A stretch of DNA of 64,000 nucleotides from the NCBI GenBank assembly GCA_001796285.1, contig MGMD01000001.1, positions 10,143-74,142 on the forward strand. The letters are read 5' to 3'. This stretch comes from Chlamydiae bacterium RIFCSPLOWO2_12_FULL_45_20. GTDB taxonomy: Bacteria > Chlamydiota > Chlamydiia > Chlamydiales > SM23-39. Positions 18,805-28,152 of the stretch are shown here, one piece after another. The notes beneath the pieces were generated by a model. The model saw only the letters and a program-made list of their open reading frames with translations. It had not been told where the DNA came from and searched no databases. The position numbers and the translations under genes are program-made. Every line of letters begins with the position of its first letter. Positions within the stretch are counted from its first letter, which is position 1.

Positions 18805-19409
18805 CAGTAAGCACCTTTGGGGAAAATCATAATGAGAACCGTTTGAAAAATGAGTTTCAAATCCAGCCAAAACGACCGCTCATTTACGTACACTTCCTCA
18901 AGGTGAATCCGCTCTTCTAGGGAAAGATCATTTCGGCCTTGTGTGATCCAAAGCGTTGTCAATCCGGGGCGTAAGGAAAGGATTTTTTTCGCTTTATCCC
19001 TCAAGTAATGGGTGACCTCATGCTGCGTCAGGGGTCTTGGACCTACGATACTCATCTCTCCTTTGAGGACGTTCCACAGTTGGGGCAGCTCATCAAGGGA
19101 AGTTTTTCTCAAAAACTTCCCAACGGCTGTAATGCGGGGGTCTACTTTCAATTTAAAATAGGTCTTCCATTCTTCCATGAGAGAGGGGTTATGAGCTAAA
19201 AGCAGCTTTAACTTAGCATCTGCGTTGACATGCATGGTTCGAAATTTATAACAACCAAACGACCTCCCCCCGTATCCGATTCTGGCATGCGCGTAAAAAA
19301 CAGGGCCTGGAGAAGAGAGCTTTACAAGGGCTATGCAAAGAAGAAAAATAGGCGACACCAACCATAGAGCCAATGCAGCAAAGAAAATATCAAAGAGGCG
19401 TTTTGCCAT
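18804..19409 (-). CDS. monotopic phosphoglycosyl transferase (bacterial sugar transferase family, PglC/WbaP-C-like)
   Basis: 201-aa [27 protein letters not shown] re-entrant helix, [26 protein letters not shown] are signature motifs. Confidence 0.85.
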
Positions 19410-19541
19410 ATGAACCCATCATATCGTCTGTCGATCATATCGAAAAACAGCTGTCTTAGCAAGAGGCAGAACCTCGACGATAGAAATCCCCCCCAAAAAA
19501 AAATAGTCACCCACGATCTTTTTTGCTACCATCCAAAAAAT

Positions 19542-21047
19542 ATGCAAAATACTTCGAAAAAAGCATTTGCCGTCGTAGGCATCGGACTGGGTGTTGTGGT
19601 GCTAGGAATGATTTGGTCCCTCGTAAATACAGCGCTAGCTTCCATCCAAAAAGACCTGTTCGCCTCTATATTACAATTACAATGGATGATGAATTGTTTC
19701 GGAATTTTTCTATGTGTCCCTCTTTTGATGATGGGTAAATTAGGTGATGCATATGGGCGAAGAAAAATCTTTCTTTGCGGCCTTATTATAGCCCTTCTTG
19801 CCTCTGTCATTGGCGGCTTTGCTACACGCATGGAATTTCTCATCGCCTGTATGGGGCTTTTTGGATTAGCTGGATCCATGATCTTGCCGCTTTCTCAGGC
19901 TCTTCTTGTCCATCAATTTCCTGAAGACCGAAAAGAAAAAGCCGTTGCTCTTTGGTCGATCTTTGCATCCCTATCTCTTGCTTGCGGTCCTATTGTAAGC
20001 GGATTCATTCTTCATTGGCTAGATTGGCATTGGATCTATTGGATCGATATTCCTCTGATCATGATTGCTATCGCCATCGTTTACTATTTCGTCGATCAAG
20101 AAAGTGAATTTCATAAACCTCATTGCAACTGGACAGGCGTGGGAGTGCTAGCCCTCATCGTTGGATCTCTCGTCATGGGCATTATGCAAGGCCCTACATG
20201 GGGCTGGACTTCACTCAGCATCATCTCTCTTTTTGTTCTCTGGATGACGAGTCTGGGTCTTTTCATTGTATTAGAACGCACAACCAACACGCCCCTCTTC
20301 CGTCCCGATCTCTTTTCCAATCGCTGTTTTCTTTTCAGTGCAATCCCCAATGGGTGCACGATCGGATTTCTTTGGGTTGTAATCTTTACCGTCCCTCTCT
20401 ATTTACAACATATCCTTCAATTTTCCCCTCTTCAAACAGGGTTTTTCCTCCTTCTGATCACATTGCCTGTTTTTTTCTTCTCGGTCACTGTTAGCAAGTG
20501 GTACCACAAGTGGGGAGCCAAACGTCTGATGCTTCTAGGCTACACTCTTTTTCTCATTGGATTTTTTCTCCAAGCCTTCGTCCACCCAAACTATTGGTCT
20601 CTTGGCATTGGCTGCCTTGCGATCGGCATCGGCTGGGTCTTGACATGGGGACCTTCCATCTCGAATTCCCTGTCTTCCATTCCCCACCACATTGCTGGTA
20701 TAGCGTCTGGGATGTTCACAACGCTTCAAGAGCTGGGGGCGATTCTCTCTCTTGCCATTGCCGGCGTTTTTTTTCGGACTGTCCAGCAAAATCATCTTCA
20801 GCCGCACCTAGATGAAATCCGTTCTAGTCTCAATGCTGCCAAATTGGGAACCAATTTCGACGCACTCCTCTCTAATCCGGCTTCGGTGGAACAGCTCCTA
20901 GGACCAGACGCCTCGATTCTTCCTTGGCTGAACAACGCTTTCTTAGCTGGCTACGAAGCCACCTTTCAATTTCTTCTGGGCAGTTGTGTGGTGGCAATGC
21001 TTGTAACCAGCTTACTCCCCAAACGCGGCCCAACAACCAATTCTTGA
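19542..21047 (+). CDS. MFS transporter, 14-TM drug:H+ antiporter (EmrB/QacA-like)
   Basis: GKLGDAYGRRKIF (MFS motif A) and many TM helices. Start trimmed to ATG 19542. Confidence 0.8.
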   Translation: MQNTSKKAFAVVGIGLGVVVLGMIWSLVNTALASIQKDLFASILQLQWMMNCFGIFLCVPLLMMGKLGDAYGRRKIFLCGLIIALLASVIGGFATRMEFLIACMGLFGLAGSMILPLSQALLVHQFPEDRKEKAVALWSIFASLSLACGPIVSGFILHWLDWHWIYWIDIPLIMIAIAIVYYFVDQESEFHKPHCNWTGVGVLALIVGSLVMGIMQGPTWGWTSLSIISLFVLWMTSLGLFIVLERTTNTPLFRPDLFSNRCFLFSAIPNGCTIGFLWVVIFTVPLYLQHILQFSPLQTGFFLLLITLPVFFFSVTVSKWYHKWGAKRLMLLGYTLFLIGFFLQAFVHPNYWSLGIGCLAIGIGWVLTWGPSISNSLSSIPHHIAGIASGMFTTLQELGAILSLAIAGVFFRTVQQNHLQPHLDEIRSSLNAAKLGTNFDALLSNPASVEQLLGPDASILPWLNNAFLAGYEATFQFLLGSCVVAMLVTSLLPKRGPTTNS

Positions 21048-22220
21048 ATCATGTTCGGCATAAAGAGGTCTGTTACACATGGTGTCAGCAGGTTGTAAAC
21101 TAGCCAGGAGTTTGTCTTTGCTTAAGGTAACCAGCTTTATTCCAGAATCATTTTCTCCGCAAGAGACAAGGAGAGAGTCTCGTTCATCTTTAAGAACAAA
21201 CCCTGCAGGATAGATCGAACGCACTTTGGGATTTGCCATAGGCTGATGGAGTGTATCGTAAATGCCCTTGAAAAGAATCGGATATGGAGAAATACGAGTC
21301 ATTTTAAAGGGAGGAAAAGCTTCGAATGTGAAGGCCCCCATGACATACCAAATGATCCCCAGATGATCTTCAAAGGAACTATGAAAAAAAGAGAGATATT
21401 CTTTCTCCACCAGCAATGCTGGGGTTCCCCCTCGCAATATGCCCCACCGACTCGACCAGCTTGAAGAAGAAAAGAGCAAGCTGGGAAAGCTTTCTAAAGA
21501 GTCTTTTTGTGGATCGGACAGTGACAAAATTTTCTGCCTACCAATCTCATAGACGAAATGGATCTTTCCCGAGTGAGAAAAAGGCGTCCAGTTTTTTTCT
21601 ACTTTCTGAAATTGATGATGAAGTGGAGTGATATAGTCGAGCTTTTGCTCTTTTAAGTTCAACGCTCCAATCCGCAGTCCGCGCACATCTTTTGAATGGG
21701 AATGGATATCGCTGTAGATAAGGTAGTTCTCTTTTCCATGCTGAAAAAAACGAGGATCTTCTGAAAAAGGGCTGTTTGTTCGAATTTTACAAAAGGTTTT
21801 TTCCAGAGGATTGAGGTCTTGATCCAACTGAACACTGCCAATATTGGAAATAGAGAAGGGAAAGCCATGGCCAAAAAGAGGAAAATCATAGCGGAAGAAA
21901 AGATAGTGCCTTCCTTCAGAAATCCCAATGGAAGCATTATAGGGCGGTGTAAAAAGGGGAAAATGAAAGATTTTCACGTCGAGGACAATCCCTTCTTTTT
22001 CGGCCAAAGGAAGGTTTGAAAGAGAGGGAGGAAGAGAGCGGCTTTTGGTGAAGTTTTCCACGGAAAGATAAGCAGTGTGCAAAAGTCGTTCGTTTTTCCG
22101 CAAAATAGAGAGCTTTTTTTCGCGGGTTTTCCTATTCGCTTTAGTTAAGTTATGCAACTTAATGACTTGATAAATAGCCAAAAAAAATTGAATAGCAAAA
22201 AAAAAGAGAAGCATTTTCAT
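21012..22220 (-). CDS. N-terminally anchored beta-propeller protein, GH130/DUF377-like (tentative), paralog 1
   Basis: 402-aa ORF with anchor MKMLLFFFAIQFFLAIYQVI. SEDPRFF, VEKNWTPF, RGGTPALL, WYVMGAFTF and IYPAGFVL...LLVSCGENDSGIKLV resemble the GH130-type glycoside phosphorylase/transferase layout. Confidence 0.45.
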   Translation of the reverse strand: MKMLLFFFAIQFFLAIYQVIKLHNLTKANRKTREKKLSILRKNERLLHTAYLSVENFTKSRSLPPSLSNLPLAEKEGIVLDVKIFHFPLFTPPYNASIGISEGRHYLFFRYDFPLFGHGFPFSISNIGSVQLDQDLNPLEKTFCKIRTNSPFSEDPRFFQHGKENYLIYSDIHSHSKDVRGLRIGALNLKEQKLDYITPLHHQFQKVEKNWTPFSHSGKIHFVYEIGRQKILSLSDPQKDSLESFPSLLFSSSSWSSRWGILRGGTPALLVEKEYLSFFHSSFEDHLGIIWYVMGAFTFEAFPPFKMTRISPYPILFKGIYDTLHQPMANPKVRSIYPAGFVLKDERDSLLVSCGENDSGIKLVTLSKDKLLASLQPADTMCNRPLYAEHDSRIGCWAAFGE

Positions 22221-22230
22221 AAAGCCACTA

Positions 22231-22390
22231 CCTCGACTGTGTACATTTTTGGGACGAAGCTGCCGAAAGAGGCAAAATCCAGCTTAAGAAATTTCACAGG
22301 AAGGGTGTATTTTACCCTTCCGAGAAAATTTATTATGCTGGGCGCAGCATCATCTCGACAGATGAGTTCAAAAAATGTACACAGTCGAGG
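22231..22390. repeat. 160-bp unit bounded by a perfect 20-bp inverted repeat (cctcgactgtgtacattttt / aaaaatgtacacagtcgagg)
   Basis: 22231..22250 is the exact reverse complement of 22371..22390. The interior has a hairpin ggaagggt...acccttcc. It lies in the divergent intergenic region between the two propeller paralogs. Confidence 0.75.
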
Positions 22391-22564
22391 TTACGTTAAA
22401 CTGACATTTTTTAGGCAAGAATAGTGTGGATATTCATTTTTTGTATATACTCGTTCCACCTGAAAGGCATCCTACAACAGGGTTTTGACGAGTACAGAAA
22501 ACGCTTTACTCTTTATTTTAGTTTTGAGTACTCTCTACTCTCGTTATGAAAAACTGGGTATCTT

Positions 22565-23761
22565 TTGATGTCGATTCTCGAATGTATGACCTATTCTTCT
22601 TCTATCAAAAAAAGAAAAAAGGCTCTCCTATTCATTGTTCTCGGGCTTTGTTGTTTTGCTTTCATGGCCGGTTGGGTTCATTATCGTGTGAAGAGAATTG
22701 AAGCCAAACAAAAAAGGGGATTCCAAAAGCTTGCCAACAATTCCTCTTTCTTTTTGGAGCGTCTGGGTGGATTACCCATCCCCGTCCAATTGAGAGGAAT
22801 TCCTTTCGGAGAACAATTAGGAATCGTGCGAGAGGTCATCAACATCGGTATTCGAAATGTGACTGCGCCCTATAATCCAGCGATTATTAAAACCCCGGAT
22901 GGATACGATCTTTTTTTTAGATACGACATCTTTAACCCTAAACTGAGGTACGCGCTTTTTAATTCCCAGATCGGGGTCGTTTCTCTCGATAGCCGGTTTC
23001 AGCAAAAAGAAAAAGAGTTCAAACAGATCGATCTCCAAACGAATTACAGCGAAGATCCAAGAATTATATCTATCCAAGATCAGTTGTATCTATTCTATAA
23101 CCGGCTGGAGGAAAAGACCCCCTGTTGCCGGTTTATGTGCGTCGCCAACCTAACTCCTGACACTTATGAAATCAATTACAACACGCTCCTCGATATGAAC
23201 CTTCAATGGGTCGAAAAAAATTGGAGCCCCTTTGAATACGTTGGCCCTGATCAAAAGTCGTGTCTTCTCCTCGAGTATCAAATCAATCCCCGCAAGCTCA
23301 TCGAACTGCCCAACCCTCAGGTCAATGAAATCACGAACATTCCTATTCCTGCTTCTTTTGCCTATCTCAATCTAGTATGGGAAAAAAAATGGGGAAAAAT
23401 CAAAGGAGGAACCCCTTCTCTTTTGATTGGTGATGACTACCTTGGTTTCTTTCATAGCTGGTTTATCGATGACTGTAAACGTTCTTGGTATGTTATAGGA
23501 GCCTACACGTTTGCAGCCAAGCCTCCTTTTCAACTGACCCGTATATCTGGCTATCCCCTTCTCTTTAAAAACATTTATGAAACGCCCCCGATCAATACCG
23601 CCTCTCTAGATAAAAGAGTGATTTTCCCTTCAGGCTTTATCCTGGAAAAAAATAAGGATCAGGAACTGATTTCCTTGGTCTGTGGCGAAAATGACGCAGG
23701 CGTCAAAGTCATTATTATCGATAAAGAAAACCTCATTAACAACCTGGTGCACTTACAATGA
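22565..23761 (+). CDS. N-terminally anchored beta-propeller protein, GH130/DUF377-like (tentative), paralog 2
   Basis: 398-aa ORF with anchor ALLFIVLGLCCFAFMAGWV and the same motif series as paralog 1: SEDPRII, VEKNWSPF, KGGTPSLL, WYVIGAYTF, VCGENDAGVKVI. The track start is TTG 22565; an ATG lies at 22568. Confidence 0.45.
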   Translation: MMSILECMTYSSSIKKRKKALLFIVLGLCCFAFMAGWVHYRVKRIEAKQKRGFQKLANNSSFFLERLGGLPIPVQLRGIPFGEQLGIVREVINIGIRNVTAPYNPAIIKTPDGYDLFFRYDIFNPKLRYALFNSQIGVVSLDSRFQQKEKEFKQIDLQTNYSEDPRIISIQDQLYLFYNRLEEKTPCCRFMCVANLTPDTYEINYNTLLDMNLQWVEKNWSPFEYVGPDQKSCLLLEYQINPRKLIELPNPQVNEITNIPIPASFAYLNLVWEKKWGKIKGGTPSLLIGDDYLGFFHSWFIDDCKRSWYVIGAYTFAAKPPFQLTRISGYPLLFKNIYETPPINTASLDKRVIFPSGFILEKNKDQELISLVCGENDAGVKVIIIDKENLINNLVHLQ

Positions 23762-24444
23762 AAAAAATATTCTTCTTGTACGGATTATTAGCTGCTATTT
23801 CCCCCCTTTTTTCCTCTAATGCTCAGATCCATGAATGGCAAAACTACCAAAATAAAGTTCTCCGACACCAAAAAACTCTTGAAGGCTGGTGCTCGATCAC
23901 AAAAGCAAAAAGCATGATGGACTTGATCTATGAGGTCCAACCTACTCTTTGTGTAGAAATAGGAGTTTTTGGGGGTTCTTCGATTTATCCCACAGCCTGC
24001 GCTCTTAAATTTTTGCAAAAGGGAGAGGTCTATGCCATTGATCCTTGGGAAACAAGTTTTTGTCTTGAAGGCTATGCGCCAGACGATCCCAATTATGTGT
24101 GGTGGAAGCAGATCGATCTGAATGAGATTTATCTCGGCTTTTTGAATATGTTGGACTACTTCCAATTGAATTCCTATTGCACAGTAGTTCGAACAACAGG
24201 ACTCCAAGCTCTCGATCTCTTTCAAGATGAATCCATTGATATTTTGCATATCGATGGCAACCATACGGAAAATCCTGCTCTTACCGATGCGAAGCGCTAT
24301 TTTCCCAAAGTGAAACAAGGAGGCTATATTTGGCTAGATGACGTCAATTGGTCTACCGTATCCAGCGCGAAAGAATTTTTATTATCAAACGCTGAAAAAA
24401 TTGAATCCTTATCAACTGACGAATATTTCCTCTTTAGAAAATAG
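23758..24444 (+). CDS. class I SAM-dependent methyltransferase (Methyltransf_24/CmcI-like) with signal-like N-terminus
   Basis: MKKIFFLYGLLAAISPLFSSNAQ, then CVEIGVFGGSS, VYAIDPW, ILHIDGNHTE and YIWLDD. ATGA overlap with the upstream gene. Confidence 0.65.
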   Translation: MKKIFFLYGLLAAISPLFSSNAQIHEWQNYQNKVLRHQKTLEGWCSITKAKSMMDLIYEVQPTLCVEIGVFGGSSIYPTACALKFLQKGEVYAIDPWETSFCLEGYAPDDPNYVWWKQIDLNEIYLGFLNMLDYFQLNSYCTVVRTTGLQALDLFQDESIDILHIDGNHTENPALTDAKRYFPKVKQGGYIWLDDVNWSTVSSAKEFLLSNAEKIESLSTDEYFLFRK

Positions 24445-24454
24445 AAGGTTCTCT

Positions 24455-25390
24455 ATGAATATTTTGATCGTAGTGCATGTTTTTCTTGCTGTCTTTTCTA
24501 CCTGGAGCCTGCATGCAGGCCTCCAAACGCATTTCAGGCCGGTGGAAGGGAAAACAACTGACTGTTTCAATCAGGTCCAAAATATCGATTTCATCTATCT
24601 GATCAATCTTGATCAAAGACCCGAAAAATGGGCCCATTGCCTCAATGAACTGGCACCTTATCATATTCAACCTTACCGATTTTCTGCGGTCAATGGTTGG
24701 GAACTATCATTGGAGGTACTCAATCAACTCGGAGTAAAATATTCCCCGCAATTTTGCAAGAATCTATGGGGAACTGCCTATTTGCCTGAAGACAATTTTC
24801 AACCCCACCATGAAATCATGCAAGTGGTGGGCAGGAACTATTTTTGCCACTGCATGTCAAGAGGCGCCATTGGGATCGTCTTAAGCCATTTATCGATTCT
24901 TCAGGATGCCTATGATTCAGGCTACGAAACAATTTGGGTGTTGGAAGATGATATAGAAGTCATTCAGAATCCTCACCTGCTTTCTGATCTCATTACCCGA
25001 TTAGACAATCTCGTCGGCAAGGGAGGGTGGGACATTCTTTTTACGGATCAGGATACCAAAGGACAAGATGGAAATTACATCCCTTGCTACGATACAGCAC
25101 GCCGTCCTGATTTTATTCCTCTGGATGAAAAGAGGCTTCGCCTGAGAGGCAATGTCAGCGCCGATTTTAGAAGGATTGGGGTTCGCTATGGCGCTTATTC
25201 GATGATCATTCGAAGAAGTGGTATGAAAAAGATCCTCGATTTTTACCGAGAGCACAACATATTTTTACCCTACGATATGGAGTACTATTTTCCGCAAAAT
25301 ATCCTCTTCTATACCGTTAGATCCGATGTAATCTCTACTCAGCCCCGCGCACCTTCCGACAACGGCTCTCCTGGTTATTTGAGAAAGTAG
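24455..25390 (+). CDS. glycosyltransferase family 25 (LgtB/Lic2B-type) with signal-like N-terminus
   Basis: MNILIVVHVFLAVFSTWSLHA, then IDFIYLINLDQRPEKW, RFSAVNG, GAIGIVLSHLSILQDA and WVLEDDIEV. Start trimmed from 24338 to ATG 24455. Confidence 0.7.
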   Translation: MNILIVVHVFLAVFSTWSLHAGLQTHFRPVEGKTTDCFNQVQNIDFIYLINLDQRPEKWAHCLNELAPYHIQPYRFSAVNGWELSLEVLNQLGVKYSPQFCKNLWGTAYLPEDNFQPHHEIMQVVGRNYFCHCMSRGAIGIVLSHLSILQDAYDSGYETIWVLEDDIEVIQNPHLLSDLITRLDNLVGKGGWDILFTDQDTKGQDGNYIPCYDTARRPDFIPLDEKRLRLRGNVSADFRRIGVRYGAYSMIIRRSGMKKILDFYREHNIFLPYDMEYYFPQNILFYTVRSDVISTQPRAPSDNGSPGYLRK

Positions 25391-25529
25391 AGCTCTGAGG
25401 AGGGAGCCAAAGTCTCTAGGGACTACATACCGAACGTGATTGACCTGGCCCGAATGCCCGGGGTGAATTTCTATAGCAGCCCCAATCATCCATTTTTAAG
25501 GTATTCCCGCCTGATTATTCGAAAGAACT

Positions 25530-26435
25530 CTAGGGACTGTTGTTAGAGCTCTTCCAAAATGAATCATACATTTGGGGATGATATGCTTGGAGAAATTCAA
25601 TCATTTGCCTGTCTTGCATCTCACCAAAGTTCTTATAATGCTCCAGAAGAAGGCTGATCTCTCCATACTCTCTTGAAAGAGCTCTTGGAAGTCTCACTTG
25701 CTGAAAAAAATTCTCATCCCGCATGACGTAATGGTTGACCTGGATATAATCACCCGTATGTTGTGGATCTACCTGAAGGTCTCCCCCGATAAAAAAAAGA
25801 GGCTTGCCCGAACCATTGTAGTATTGGGCCCCTGTTTGCAAAGGAAGCTGATGAGGGGACCAGATTTGATTGATAACGACCTCATCGACTTTTACAATGC
25901 TTTTTCCCGCTGCATTTCTCGGATGCAACGGATGGGAAGCGGCGGTAAGGTGCATCAAAATAGGCTCTCCCGGTTTCACATAAACGCCGCCCGTACTAAA
26001 ATTCCTCCAACACATATATACGCCGGAAGCTGTAGGGAAAAACTCTTCCAAACAATCTAAAATAGTCCCATTTTTCTTAGGGAGGATAAACTCATCTACA
26101 TCGATAAATGCGAGCCATTTTGTATTCCCCTTGGATCGGTGCAAGCCATCTTGATAGGCCATCATCTGCCAAGTAGGGAATAGGGGGGTTCCCGGGGGTA
26201 GGGACCACTCGATGACTTCTACCAAATCGGAGTGGATGTATGGTGCCAATACTTCGCGCCATTGATCGGTACTCCTATCGTTATAGAGGATAAAATGATC
26301 TACTCCCAATAGGTGGTGATACTCAATCCATTCCTTGATATAGTTGGCCTCATTGCGAAACAAAGTCACAACGCCCAACTCATAGGAAAAAACGGAGTGC
26401 AGACTCCAAATGAACAACAAGAGGGATCTTTTCAT
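25530..26435 (-). CDS. GT-A fold glycosyltransferase, GT92/DUF23-like, with signal-like N-terminus
   Basis: MKRSLLLFIWSLHSVFS, then VVTLFRNEANYIKEWIEYHHLLGVDHFILYNDRSTD and the DxD context WLAFIDVDEFILP. Confidence 0.6.
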   Translation of the reverse strand: MKRSLLLFIWSLHSVFSYELGVVTLFRNEANYIKEWIEYHHLLGVDHFILYNDRSTDQWREVLAPYIHSDLVEVIEWSLPPGTPLFPTWQMMAYQDGLHRSKGNTKWLAFIDVDEFILPKKNGTILDCLEEFFPTASGVYMCWRNFSTGGVYVKPGEPILMHLTAASHPLHPRNAAGKSIVKVDEVVINQIWSPHQLPLQTGAQYYNGSGKPLFFIGGDLQVDPQHTGDYIQVNHYVMRDENFFQQVRLPRALSREYGEISLLLEHYKNFGEMQDRQMIEFLQAYHPQMYDSFWKSSNNSP

Positions 26436-26449
26436 ATATAAAAATGACC

Positions 26450-27328
26450 TTAAAAATCAACTTTTGTACAACATTTTTCTTGAAAACTTCTCGCCTGAAG
26501 TCTAATCCATGAACTGGGTCCTCCAATATCGGGATAGCCATCAATCCATTTTGCTGGTCTCACCACAATTTGTCTCTGATTTTGATTCAACCATGCCCCC
26601 CACCAACTAAAGGTAGAATTGCCAATAATATTATGCTTGCAAAGAGTTTGGAGGTAAAAATCAATGTAGTGGGGTTCCTGTTCAATAAAGAAGACATGTC
26701 TCCCCTTTGTTGAAATGATTTTTTTTGCAAACTCCATGTTGTCGCTGACAACGAGAAAAAGAGCTTCATTCGAGAAAAGGTTCATCGCCTTTTCATAATA
26801 TTCTTCATCATACTGCCTAAAGGCTGGCTCATCAGGCTTTTCAGCAAAGTAATAACGGATGTGGACGCAAACGCTCTCCGGATGATCCAACAACTTTCCA
26901 TACTTATTCTTAATATATTGTAAATCAGATTCTTTCGGCAGAAAAAACGCAATGAGCCGGTCTCGGTAGTGAGCAAAATATTTCTCATTTTGAGAATATC
27001 CTGAAAGCTTCATTCCATTGACAAAAGGGATCGGCTGATAGCCATACACAGGTGTCGACCACTCATAAGTAATCTCATTTGTCGGAGGATAAAGGGCGCA
27101 TCTGAATAGAACATGGTGAAGGCTTTGAGAATGGGGCAAAAGCGGAATGTAGTCGGGAAAATAGGGCTCAGCCCCGTGATCCCAGGCAAGAGCACATGTT
27201 GTTGCCACTTCAAATAACTGGTTGCCAAGGCCACCTAAAATAGAACCGATGATATAGGGTCTATTTTCTCCAAAGAGGCCAAAGCTCATGAAAACGGAAG
27301 AAAGAAAAATCAAGGTTCGATTCTTCAT
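26450..27328 (-). CDS. alpha-1,2-fucosyltransferase (GT11) with signal-like N-terminus
   Basis: GGLGNQLFEVATTCALA at the N-terminal end and NIIGNSTFSWWGAWL near the C-terminus are the two GT11 (FutC-type) signatures. Start at ATG 27328 overlaps the upstream stop (ATGA). Confidence 0.75.
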   Translation of the reverse strand: MKNRTLIFLSSVFMSFGLFGENRPYIIGSILGGLGNQLFEVATTCALAWDHGAEPYFPDYIPLLPHSQSLHHVLFRCALYPPTNEITYEWSTPVYGYQPIPFVNGMKLSGYSQNEKYFAHYRDRLIAFFLPKESDLQYIKNKYGKLLDHPESVCVHIRYYFAEKPDEPAFRQYDEEYYEKAMNLFSNEALFLVVSDNMEFAKKIISTKGRHVFFIEQEPHYIDFYLQTLCKHNIIGNSTFSWWGAWLNQNQRQIVVRPAKWIDGYPDIGGPSSWIRLQARSFQEKCCTKVDF

Positions 27329-28152
27329 GACTTTGTCCGATCCCAAGTAATTAAATGATTCCCGCTATAGGTAAATACAGGCTCTGGATGAATTTTGGGA
27401 TGAATCCCATTCTCTTGAAACAGTTCAATCCATTCTGAAAGGGACAGATGATCAAAAACATTGGTGTCGTTAAAAAGCATATACCCTCGTTTTGCTTTCA
27501 CAGCAACACGCTTAAAATAATCGAGTTGCGTCTCTTTGTCGCATTCAGAAAGAGCGTAATTACTAATAAACAAATCGACCTCTTCCAAAGGCAATTCTGC
27601 ATAGACATCAAGACAGCGGACATTCGGAACGCCTAAAGTTGCTACCATCCTCTCAATCAACATTTCCGCTTCAGGCAAATCGTACACGTAGTAGCGGGAA
27701 AAGGGGACCAGATGAGATAAAACATAAGCTTGTCCTCCAAACCCAGCCCCGATTTCTACAATAGTGCAATGATCAGGAAGGTCGAAGAGCCTCTTCATAG
27801 AATCAGCAAATACGATGTATCTCAAAGTCGTACCTGAAAAAAGACCAAAATTGGGGATCTCATTTCTCACTGGATCTCCATAGAGATCAAGCTTTCGCAA
27901 TGAGCCGATCTGCGAAAGTGTTTGATCCGTTGCGTTCTCCATCAGGTATTGGGCAAACTCTCCTCCCTGCCCACATTCTAACGCATCAAAATAAGGCTTG
28001 ATCGATCTAAACTTTTGAAACGTACAATCATCAAGCGCTGCCTCTTTACAAATTTCCCGATACGACGTGGACCTTCCAGTCATACTGTTTTGAGGGGGAT
28101 TGCTATGTAGTAAATGGCACAACAATATGCTGACAACAAGTAGTTTTTTCAT
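27325..28152 (-). CDS. class I SAM-dependent (sugar O-) methyltransferase with signal-like N-terminus
   Basis: MKKLLVVSILLCHLLHS, then IVEIGAGFGGQAYVL (GxGxG) and YVYDLPE. ATGA overlap with the epimerase gene. Confidence 0.6.
   Translation of the reverse strand: MKKLLVVSILLCHLLHSNPPQNSMTGRSTSYREICKEAALDDCTFQKFRSIKPYFDALECGQGGEFAQYLMENATDQTLSQIGSLRKLDLYGDPVRNEIPNFGLFSGTTLRYIVFADSMKRLFDLPDHCTIVEIGAGFGGQAYVLSHLVPFSRYYVYDLPEAEMLIERMVATLGVPNVRCLDVYAELPLEEVDLFISNYALSECDKETQLDYFKRVAVKAKRGYMLFNDTNVFDHLSLSEWIELFQENGIHPKIHPEPVFTYSGNHLITWDRTKS

Noticed and set aside
24338-24454. N-terminal extension of the GT25 ORF overlapping the preceding methyltransferase
   Set aside because: It is the tail of the methyltransferase gene read in another frame. 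ATG 24455 gives a typical hydrophobic N-terminus like the other island genes.
25413-25540. 11-bp direct repeat ctctagggact plus tagagctc near both stops of the convergent GT25 and GT92-like genes
   Set aside because: Too short to distinguish from chance in 64 kb. One copy is coding. I could not find a convincing stem-loop or further copies.
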